A stretch of DNA of 64,000 bases, taken from IMG/VR virus record IMGVR_UViG_3300044952_000182, positions 1,578 through 65,577 of that record; one strand, written 5' to 3'. The position numbers and the translations under genes are program-made. Under the pieces are notes generated by a model. The model had not been told where the DNA came from, searched no databases, and saw only the letters and a list, made by a program, of their open reading frames with translations. This DNA is from a virus. Positions 53,856-62,031 of the stretch are shown piece after piece (the stretch's first letter is position 1; each line of letters opens with the position of its first letter).

Positions 53856-55139
53856 ATGGCTGAAAATCTAGATATGCCTCAAATAGGCAACTTTAGTATT
53901 CAAGATACTATGGACATGGGTATGGGTAACCAAGAGTTATTAAATGATTTAATGTCTCCTGAAAGTGCTACATCTAATCCTGATGACATTCAGGATATCA
54001 AAGATGAACCTGCTCCTGCTCCAACAAAGAAAACTACTTCTAAACAACAAGCTATCCCAGATCCTGCAGAACCTGCAGACGATAAGAAAGACGAACCTGT
54101 TAAAGGGATTCAAGATTTCTTATATGGTGAAGATGATGATGAGGATGGTGAAGATAATGACAAACCAGCAACTGCACCAGCTAAGAAAGCTACGCAACCT
54201 GCTGATAATCAAGAAGATAGTAAAGATAATAATGATGATGATGAAGAAGGAGCTCCTGAGAGTCAATTCACTGCATTATCAAATGACCTTTTCAAACTAG
54301 GTGTTTTCTCTAAAGAAGACGAAGAAGAAGAAACTGCAATAGATACTCCTGAAGCATTCTTAGAACGCTTCCAAGCAGAAAAGAAAAAAGGAGCTATTGA
54401 AATTGTAGATAATTTCATTGGACAGTTTGGAGAAGATTATCAAAAAGCATTTGATGCCATATTTGTAAAAGGAGTTGATCCTAAAGATTACTTTGGTGCA
54501 TTTAGCCAAATACAATCTTTTGCTGAAATGGACTTAACTCAAGAGAACAATCAAGTGGCTGTTATTAAACAAGCTTTGACTGATCAAGGATTTGAGCCTG
54601 AAGATGTTATAACAGAAGTAGAAAGATTAAAAAACTATGGTGATTTAGAAAGTGTTGCTACTAAACATCATAAAGTCCTAATAAAGAAAGAAGGCCAAAA
54701 GCTTCAACAAATGGAGCAACAAAAAGAGGTCCAATTACAACAGCAACAAGCCATCAAGCAACAATATCATCAAAATGTAAACAACGTTTTACAAGAGAAG
54801 ATTAAAGCTAAAGAATTTGATGGCATACCAATTAACCCTAAATTAGCTGGTGAACTACAAGATTTCCTAGTAACAGATAAGTACAAAACAAATTCAGGTG
54901 AAACTCTCACTGATTTTGATCGTACAATTCTGGAGCTGAAACGTCCTGAGAATCATGCAACCAAAGTAAAGCTTGCGTTGATCATGAAGATAATGGAGAA
55001 AGATCCTACATTATCTACTATTCAAAAGACAGGTATCACCAAAAAGTCTAATGAATTATTTGGTGAAGTTGCCAGACAAGCCCAGAAAAGTTCAGTGAAA
55101 TCTAAACCATCAACTAAACCCAATTCTTGGTTTCAATAA
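53856..55139 (+). CDS. scaffolding protein candidate (acidic, Gln/Glu-rich coiled coil)
   Basis: 427 aa, very acidic N-terminal half, Q-rich helical C-terminal half; located directly before the capsid gene. Confidence 0.5.
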   Translation: MAENLDMPQIGNFSIQDTMDMGMGNQELLNDLMSPESATSNPDDIQDIKDEPAPAPTKKTTSKQQAIPDPAEPADDKKDEPVKGIQDFLYGEDDDEDGEDNDKPATAPAKKATQPADNQEDSKDNNDDDEEGAPESQFTALSNDLFKLGVFSKEDEEEETAIDTPEAFLERFQAEKKKGAIEIVDNFIGQFGEDYQKAFDAIFVKGVDPKDYFGAFSQIQSFAEMDLTQENNQVAVIKQALTDQGFEPEDVITEVERLKNYGDLESVATKHHKVLIKKEGQKLQQMEQQKEVQLQQQQAIKQQYHQNVNNVLQEKIKAKEFDGIPINPKLAGELQDFLVTDKYKTNSGETLTDFDRTILELKRPENHATKVKLALIMKIMEKDPTLSTIQKTGITKKSNELFGEVARQAQKSSVKSKPSTKPNSWFQ

Positions 55140-55174
55140 ACAATTTATATAACAAAAATTAAAAAAGGATAAAA

Positions 55175-56728
55175 ATGGCAATTCAAACAATCCCAGGTTT
55201 AACTGGTTTTACCTATGCTAGAGTAGCTTCTATGGACAAGCGTGCAGTAGGTAAATTGACTGACTCGAACCATCTAGAGAGCTTTCACTCAACTGAGCCT
55301 GCTGATTATGATAAAAAAATCATCAGCTTGTACACTCAGAGTTCTCTTTATAGTAATGACTTCTTGGATATGATTAACAAGAGCACACCTTACTATATCG
55401 ACAATAATAGTGATGCTTGGAAATGGCAAGTACAAGTACCTTACAAGTTCCCAAAAATCATTGACGTTCCAACTTCAACACAGGAATTAAACAAGCCTGG
55501 TATTGATGGACAAGAGTTTCAAATCATCGTTGACACTAATGAGTTTTCTAAGAACGCAATTGTATCTGTTGGTACTCGTCAATATGGTCCACGTTTCTAT
55601 GTAGTAAAAGATCCAGTTCCTTGGAACGTTGGATACTTATACACTGTTACCTTAGTAAGTGACAATCCAACTGTTGATTTCGTAAGCCCTATCTTCTTGC
55701 AAGTGGGTGTTGAATTAGAGTTAGTTGATGCTGCTATTGGTGAGTTCGATCAAGACTTATTAGGTCTTCCTCGTTTGGGTGAGCAAATCACAATGTTTGA
55801 ATCTTTAGGTTCTGCATATGGTTATGAGCACAAAATTACTGAGTGGGCTGATGACAAGATGATGAGAGATGCTTCTGGCAAACCTTTAGACATCTTAGTA
55901 TATGCTCCTCAAAGACGTAACCAATTACCTTTAACTCGTAACGATGTTAAGTGGGAACCATTTATTGAGTTCTGGATGCGTAAGTCTATGTTAGAATTAA
56001 AAGTTAAGCGTATGATCTGGGCTCGTCCTGGAACTGTGAAGACTAATGGTTCTAAGCAAGAATTAAAGCGTACTTCTGCTGGTGTATATCACAGAATGCG
56101 TAACAATGGTAACTTAGTACAATACAATCGTGGTGAGTTTACAGCTAACTTGATTCGTTCTGTATTTGGTGACTTATTCTACAGACGTGTGGATGTTAAA
56201 GACAGACGTGTTAAAATGTACACTAATGAAGCTGGCTTTGACGTATTCCAACAAGCTTTAAAAACAGATGCTTTGAATTCTGGTCTTACTTTCATGGCTG
56301 ATTCTGGTAACAGATACATGCAAGGTGAAGGTCAACATATCACTTACAACTTTGCATTCGATGCAATGGTAACTCGTGAGACTGGTCGTGTTGAATTAAT
56401 TCACTTGAAAGAATTAGACTTACCTCAAACAAACTTAGAATTTGGACAAAACAAGAAGTCAACTCCAGTATTTATGGTGTTTGATGTATCTCCAATGTCT
56501 GATGGTTCTATGATCAACAATATTCGTGAAGTACGTATGAAGGGTGCACCTTCTATGACTTGGGGTTATATCGATGGTACTCGTCACCACTTAGGCTTTG
56601 CTAAGTCTCAAGGTATGAGTTCTGCAAATAAATTCCCTGGATATGAGATTTGGATGAAAGATCGTTGTGATGTGTTCATTGAAGATTTGTCTCGTACAGT
56701 CTTGATTGAGGAAATACCACAATTCTAA
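55175..56728 (+). CDS. major capsid protein candidate
   Basis: 517-aa ORF after the scaffold in the canonical terL-portal-scaffold-MCP order. A structured GC-rich element and the next gene's start context follow. Confidence 0.55.
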   Translation: MAIQTIPGLTGFTYARVASMDKRAVGKLTDSNHLESFHSTEPADYDKKIISLYTQSSLYSNDFLDMINKSTPYYIDNNSDAWKWQVQVPYKFPKIIDVPTSTQELNKPGIDGQEFQIIVDTNEFSKNAIVSVGTRQYGPRFYVVKDPVPWNVGYLYTVTLVSDNPTVDFVSPIFLQVGVELELVDAAIGEFDQDLLGLPRLGEQITMFESLGSAYGYEHKITEWADDKMMRDASGKPLDILVYAPQRRNQLPLTRNDVKWEPFIEFWMRKSMLELKVKRMIWARPGTVKTNGSKQELKRTSAGVYHRMRNNGNLVQYNRGEFTANLIRSVFGDLFYRRVDVKDRRVKMYTNEAGFDVFQQALKTDALNSGLTFMADSGNRYMQGEGQHITYNFAFDAMVTRETGRVELIHLKELDLPQTNLEFGQNKKSTPVFMVFDVSPMSDGSMINNIREVRMKGAPSMTWGYIDGTRHHLGFAKSQGMSSANKFPGYEIWMKDRCDVFIEDLSRTVLIEEIPQF

Positions 56729-56812
56729 AAAACCTAGAGCAAGGTTAGAACTACGCTCTACAAATACAAAGAAGAATTCCCCCCCACATCCCAGTGGGGG
56801 AGTCTTCTAACA

Positions 56813-56870
56813 CAGATGGACAGGTCAGGGCTTCATGCCTCACCGTGTTTCCTTCGATGGAAACCATCTG
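56813..56870 (+). ncRNA. structured GC-rich RNA element (three-helix, tRNA-minihelix-like)
   Basis: Closing stem CAGATGG…CCATCTG (7 bp) encloses hairpins GGTCAGG-gcttcatg-CCTCACC and GTTTCC-ttcgat-GGAAAC (T-loop-like TTCGAT). A CCCCC-acatcccagt-GGGGG hairpin sits upstream at 56781-56800. Confidence 0.3.
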
Positions 56871-56898
56871 CAAATAAACCAACAAAAATTAACTACAT

Positions 56899-57864
56899 AT
56901 GGGTAAGATAGGAAAAATCTCTACTATTAAGAAAGAGTACAACAACTCACAATTGCAAACAATGCAAGGTGGACTGGCTATGAAAGGTTATACAAGAATC
57001 CCTGGTACAGGTGTATTTAAGTATCCTTATAAAGAACTTGATGGACAGTATAGAACAGGCTTAGATCCTAAAGCTGCTTACATTAGAAGAATCCAAGACC
57101 CTTTAGAAAGGGAATTAGAAACTGAAAGAGTAACAGAGTTAAAGGAAAAACTTGAATCAGCATTGAATGCTGACTTAGGTCCTCGTTCTACATTCTGGAA
57201 TTATGGCTTATCAACTTCTGTTGATGATTCATTGCACGTTCAACCAGTTAAGTTGTTAGATGGTGATAACTATTTTGACTTTACATTGCCATTGCAAGAA
57301 TTAGCATTCTCATGGTTGAGAGTTCATCCAACAATTGCTTCTAGCTACCAAGCTTGGGAGCGTGGTGAATTCCCTGCTGATATTCAGTACTACGTTGCTG
57401 ATGATGATATTGAGAACAAGGTAATGTTTAAGAAGAAGCAACTTATTAATAAAGCAATTGTTAAGTTTGATAGTATGACTCCTGAAAAGAAGAAGAAAGT
57501 GGCTCGTCTACTTGGTCTTCCAGTATCAGATGATTCCAAAGAAGAATCAGTTTACAATCAAGTAGATAACATATTGAAACAAACTGAATTCAAGAATGGC
57601 AAATATCAAGGTTTGAATCCAATTGAGGTATTCAACAGATTTGCAGATATGAAAGAAAACTTACTCCATATTAAAGACTTGGTTAAACAAGCTGTTGCTC
57701 ATTCAGTTTATAGAGTTAGACCTAATGGAAGAGTCTATGAAGGTGAATTTGAAATAGCTGCTGATGAAGATGAATTAGTGAAGTTCTTAGCAGATGAAGA
57801 TAACCAAGACCAATTGTTAGTTTTAGAAGGTAAATTGAAAGGTAAAAAAATAGCTGCAATATGA
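56899..57864 (+). CDS. virion structural/head-completion protein (hypothetical)
   Basis: 321-aa ORF in the late module. Confidence 0.45.
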   Translation: MGKIGKISTIKKEYNNSQLQTMQGGLAMKGYTRIPGTGVFKYPYKELDGQYRTGLDPKAAYIRRIQDPLERELETERVTELKEKLESALNADLGPRSTFWNYGLSTSVDDSLHVQPVKLLDGDNYFDFTLPLQELAFSWLRVHPTIASSYQAWERGEFPADIQYYVADDDIENKVMFKKKQLINKAIVKFDSMTPEKKKKVARLLGLPVSDDSKEESVYNQVDNILKQTEFKNGKYQGLNPIEVFNRFADMKENLLHIKDLVKQAVAHSVYRVRPNGRVYEGEFEIAADEDELVKFLADEDNQDQLLVLEGKLKGKKIAAI

Positions 57865-58592
57865 TCCCAGTAGATAGTTTATTATATAAGATTGATCAGA
57901 AACTAAATAAACTATCCACTAATGAGCATCAAGAGATTCCTGTAGAAGATAAGATCTTAGCAGTGAATGAAGCTCAAATTAAGCTGATAAAGCAAAAGGT
58001 TGATGGGTTTAGTACAGTTTCTGGATTAGGTATGGATGCGTTTAAGAAGCGTTACGAAGACTTACAAAGTCTTGTACAGCCCTACAACCACCAACCTCTT
58101 CCCCTAGCATTGAAGAATGCTGAACTAAATCAATGGTTTGCAAATATCCATCTTCTTGTACCTCAGTACATGTTCTATATAGATAGTTATATATTAGCTG
58201 ATAAAGGAAGATGTATAGATAGAAAGGTTTGGATTAATAGAGATCTTGCTAAGCATGGTGACTTACAGTTTTGCTTAAACAACACTCACTATAGACCTTC
58301 TTTTGAATACCAAGAGACATTCAACTTTATATCTTCTGATGAGATCTCCATATTTACAGATGGTACATTTACACCTAAGGATATATATATATCTTACATG
58401 AGATATCCTCAATATATAAATAAGACAGGATATATCATGCTTGATGGCTTACCATCTTTTGATCAGGATTGTGAACTTGAACTATACCTAGAAGATGAAC
58501 TATTAGATCTGACAGTACAAAACTTGGCTATGTATACAGAAAACCAAAGTGCTGTTCAAAGCTCAATTTATAGAATACAAACAAACGAATAA
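57861..58592 (+). CDS. virion structural protein (hypothetical)
   Basis: 243-aa ORF, ATGA-coupled. Confidence 0.45.
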   Translation: MIPVDSLLYKIDQKLNKLSTNEHQEIPVEDKILAVNEAQIKLIKQKVDGFSTVSGLGMDAFKKRYEDLQSLVQPYNHQPLPLALKNAELNQWFANIHLLVPQYMFYIDSYILADKGRCIDRKVWINRDLAKHGDLQFCLNNTHYRPSFEYQETFNFISSDEISIFTDGTFTPKDIYISYMRYPQYINKTGYIMLDGLPSFDQDCELELYLEDELLDLTVQNLAMYTENQSAVQSSIYRIQTNE

Positions 58593-58618
58593 TTTTTAAC
58601 AATTAAATATAAAGCAAA

Positions 58619-59779
58619 ATGGCTGATTTTTCCCTAACCACGCTCTTTGTTGTACCAGTAGGAAACACATTACCTAGCTCTGGATCAACACAAGACTTAA
58701 CAGCAGGTCAAGTAGGAATATTCCTAAATGACTATAGTGTTGCCACAGCTGGTAACATTGCTGCTGCCCCTTATTTTTATGTAGCTCAAGGTAGAGTTAA
58801 CACCTACTTACAAGGTTCTAAGCGTTCAGACAAAATCTCTGGATGTCCTGGTGGATCTTCTTGTAAGACAAACGTAACTGAATGGTACAAGTCTAATGGC
58901 TGTGCTACTGTTGTAAACCAAGTAACTGATGTAGTTGATTTCACTGTAAAATGTGGTGAAATTGTTACATTAACTTTACGTGGTTTCTCTAGCTACTTAA
59001 ACACATTGTACTTCAATGGTTTCACTCGTAGTGTAACTGTTAATGCACCTTGTTGTGATTGTGGTGGAGATCCTTGTACAGATACTGATGTTCCTGCTTT
59101 GATTGATTCATTAATCATCAAGTTAGAGGAGCATGCACCTGGTGATAACCCAGACAACATTTATTTGACTCAGTTCTATCAGTTCCAAAGAATTGGTAAC
59201 GATTCATCTGCGTTGTTACGTATCACTGGTAAACCTTTGACTGCTTATGGACAACCTTGTGACGTTGCTGCATTCCCTTGGGAGTATGACAGATTCTACT
59301 TTAGAACTTTCATCTTCTCTGGTCCAGCTACAACTGCTGACTTTATTGTTGACGATCCTTGTAACAGAGTTGCTCAACCTGTAATCACTCAACGTTCTAA
59401 CTATCCTGCTGGTACTTCTGCTGAGGTTCAACAATTAGAAAAGAACTTCTATAGCTACCAAGCTGGTTACTTAAAGCATTTATACAGAATGAATGGTTAC
59501 AACGAGAACTTTGAGTCTTGGGTAACTGATGGTACAATCTATGATTTGTATTACATCAAATTCAATGAGTATGACAAGAGTGCTTACCAATGGGGTGATT
59601 ACATCATGGAAGATTCAACTGTAATCATTGCTGTTCCTAACAACCAAACAACTGCTATCGAAGCTATCTTAGAAGCTGGTTTAGGAACTGTTGCAGGTGA
59701 CACAGCTTGTCTTACTACTACTAGTACTACAACTACTGTATGGCCTAGCACTTCAACAACAACTACTTTGATCCCTTAA
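58619..59779 (+). CDS. virion structural protein with C-terminal poly-Thr tail
   Basis: 386-aa ORF with Cys-rich patches, ending …CLTTTSTTTTVWPSTSTTTTLIP. Confidence 0.5.
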   Translation: MADFSLTTLFVVPVGNTLPSSGSTQDLTAGQVGIFLNDYSVATAGNIAAAPYFYVAQGRVNTYLQGSKRSDKISGCPGGSSCKTNVTEWYKSNGCATVVNQVTDVVDFTVKCGEIVTLTLRGFSSYLNTLYFNGFTRSVTVNAPCCDCGGDPCTDTDVPALIDSLIIKLEEHAPGDNPDNIYLTQFYQFQRIGNDSSALLRITGKPLTAYGQPCDVAAFPWEYDRFYFRTFIFSGPATTADFIVDDPCNRVAQPVITQRSNYPAGTSAEVQQLEKNFYSYQAGYLKHLYRMNGYNENFESWVTDGTIYDLYYIKFNEYDKSAYQWGDYIMEDSTVIIAVPNNQTTAIEAILEAGLGTVAGDTACLTTTSTTTTVWPSTSTTTTLIP

Positions 59780-59807
59780 GGAAAAAGGTAGCATCATATT
59801 AACCTAT

Positions 59808-59850
59808 GCCAGAGGGTGAGAGGATATCTCAAATCCTCTGGCATTTTTAT
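59808..59850 (+). terminator. rho-independent terminator
   Basis: GCCAGAGG … CCTCTGGC (8-bp stem) followed by ATTTTTATT, directly after gene 58619..59779. Confidence 0.55.
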
Positions 59851-59861
59851 TAAAAAAAATC

Positions 59862-60419
59862 ATGACATTAGATTTTTTAGTAATTAATACTTACACCACT
59901 GAGACATTAGCAATAGCTGATACTTCTGTATATGATACAGATCCACCAGTTGTTAGTGCTCCCACTATGCAAATCACTGTACCTGGTTACACTTCTCCTG
60001 TTGCTATTCCTTTTAATGTTCAACAAATAAATACTTATAACTCAACTATATTGGGTTTGACTGTTTTTCCTGCTACAGCTCCTTTACCTGATGGTGTATA
60101 TTTCATGAGATATTCAGTTGCTCCTGCTACTGTAAATTATGTAGAGAAAAATATCATGCGTACAGCAGCTATACAAGAAAAGTTTGATAGTGCATTTATG
60201 AAACTTGACATGATGGAATGTGATTCAGCTATTAGAACCCAAGCAAAAGTAGTTTTAAGTAGTATCAACTTTATGATTCAAGGCTCCATAGCAGCAGCTA
60301 ATAACTGTGCTATTGATACAGCCAACAAATTATACATGCAAGCTAACAGACAATTAGATTATTTTATTGCAAACCAATGTGGTTGTACAGGAAACAACTA
60401 TATAATTAATTTTCCTTAA
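59862..60419 (+). CDS. virion structural protein (hypothetical)
   Basis: 185-aa ORF. Confidence 0.45.
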   Translation: MTLDFLVINTYTTETLAIADTSVYDTDPPVVSAPTMQITVPGYTSPVAIPFNVQQINTYNSTILGLTVFPATAPLPDGVYFMRYSVAPATVNYVEKNIMRTAAIQEKFDSAFMKLDMMECDSAIRTQAKVVLSSINFMIQGSIAAANNCAIDTANKLYMQANRQLDYFIANQCGCTGNNYIINFP

Positions 60420-60420
60420 T

Positions 60421-60573
60421 ATGGCAAACTGTAGAGACTGTGGCATGAAGGTAGGATGTGGCTGTCAATTAATTAATGGCCTATGTTCAGCATGCAACAA
60501 TAAACTTAAAACTGCTACAAATAGAATAAAAGATGTTATCACCAAGATTAACAAATTGTGTAATCAATGGTAG
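60421..60573 (+). CDS. small Cys-rich protein (50 aa)
   Basis: MANCRDCGMKVGCGCQLINGLCSACNNKLK...; below the track cutoff; fills the gap after 60419. Confidence 0.35.
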   Translation: MANCRDCGMKVGCGCQLINGLCSACNNKLKTATNRIKDVITKINKLCNQW

Positions 60574-60808
60574 TATTCCAGCTACATTGACAAAAATTGA
60601 TGAAAGACTGACTTACTGGGCAAATCGCCAGTATAACAATATTATATTCTCTATGAATAATTATATTCCTGGAGAAGTAATTGATGATCTATTAACTTAC
60701 AAACAAATATTAACATACAGACTTTGTAACACAACCTATGCTATGGTATGTGGTGTTCCTACTGATTCTCAGATTATAAGTAGAGTTATAGTGTTAATTA
60801 ATAAATAA
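60533..60808 (+). CDS. hypothetical protein
   Basis: 91-aa ORF. Confidence 0.4.
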   Translation: MLSPRLTNCVINGSIPATLTKIDERLTYWANRQYNNIIFSMNNYIPGEVIDDLLTYKQILTYRLCNTTYAMVCGVPTDSQIISRVIVLINK

Positions 60809-60816
60809 ATTATAAA

Positions 60817-62010
60817 ATGCCAGAAGATACCACTACTACTAGCACTACAAGTACAACTTCTACCATTACAACAACAAGACCTTGTGATGCCTGTTATAAT
60901 GGATGTGTACAAATTGTATCTGATCAATGTGTTAGATATACAGGTCTTGACAGCATCCCTTTAGATATAACATATGGAGATAACCTTCAGCTTGTATTAG
61001 ATAATATAATTAATAACTTAGTCCCTCTCTTAACTGGAGAAGGAGATAAGATTCTTATATTAGAAAGTATACGTTGTGCAATTATAAATGGTTATTTACC
61101 TACTCCAAGTGAAGCAGATACTTGGACATCTGCACAGTTGTTTAATGCTTTAGTACAAGTAGTTTGTGATTTACAAGCTCAGATTGATGCAATTGATGCT
61201 GAAATAACTATACTAAATGCTGACTATGATATTGATTGTTTGACTGGTGTAACAACTAGCTCAGATACGCATGCTATTGTCCAAGCTATTATAACAAGGC
61301 TATGTGATACTATAGCTGATCTTGCTGCTCTTGAACTTGATGTAGCTACAAACTATGTTAAACTATCAGATCTTGATGCTTTGATTGCAGCTTATTTAGC
61401 TAGTCAAGCAGGAAGTGGAAGCATACAACAATATTTAAAAATGGTTCCATTTGTAGCATATGAATATTATGGACCATTGAGTAACTTTGATGGATCAGGT
61501 GTTGGTTTTCCAAGTCTTGGTTTCTATAAGGTGTATCTATGTAATGGTCTTAATGCCACTCCTGATAAAAGAGGACGTGTTGCTGTTGGAGCTATTGATA
61601 ATGTTCCTCCTATTAATATTGGCCTTGATGCTTCTGTAAATCCTGCTTTTGTTGGAAATCCAAACTATGCATTATTCACCACAGCAGGTGCAAATAGTGT
61701 AACACTTATTACATCACAATTGCCTTCTCACTCACACACTGCAGTAGGAACAACAAATGTTACATTAAATGATCCTGGTCACTTCCATTTTGGTGGAAAA
61801 ACAAATGATTTTGGTGGAGCAAGTGGAAGTATAGGTTTATCTAAAAACCTTCCTCAAAATTATGCAACAACAACTAGTACAACTGGAATAACAGTTACTT
61901 CTAATACTCCTGGTAACGTATCTATTGGAATTGACAATACAGGTAGTGGACAAGCTCACGCAAACATCCAACCTGTTATTGCTGCGTATTATATAATGTA
62001 TATTCCTTAA
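60817..62010 (+). CDS. tail fibre/receptor-binding protein candidate with N-terminal poly-Thr segment
   Basis: Begins MPEDTTTTSTTSTTSTITTTRPCDACYNGC; Cys-rich N-terminal region; Gly/Asn/Thr-rich, beta-like C-terminal half typical of fibre tips. Confidence 0.45.
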   Translation: MPEDTTTTSTTSTTSTITTTRPCDACYNGCVQIVSDQCVRYTGLDSIPLDITYGDNLQLVLDNIINNLVPLLTGEGDKILILESIRCAIINGYLPTPSEADTWTSAQLFNALVQVVCDLQAQIDAIDAEITILNADYDIDCLTGVTTSSDTHAIVQAIITRLCDTIADLAALELDVATNYVKLSDLDALIAAYLASQAGSGSIQQYLKMVPFVAYEYYGPLSNFDGSGVGFPSLGFYKVYLCNGLNATPDKRGRVAVGAIDNVPPINIGLDASVNPAFVGNPNYALFTTAGANSVTLITSQLPSHSHTAVGTTNVTLNDPGHFHFGGKTNDFGGASGSIGLSKNLPQNYATTTSTTGITVTSNTPGNVSIGIDNTGSGQAHANIQPVIAAYYIMYIP

Positions 62011-62031
62011 TTTATCTAAACTAATAATAAA

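Noticed and set aside
53965-54300. ORF 53965..54300 (+), K/M/L-rich.
   Set aside because: Alternative frame inside the acidic scaffold gene (GAT/GAA-rich DNA read out of frame).
56735-56898. Group I intron or full tRNA in the GC-rich spacer after the capsid gene.
   Set aside because: Too short for a group I intron (~170 nt, no P/Q/R/S core). No anticodon arm for a complete tRNA. Reported only as a structured element.
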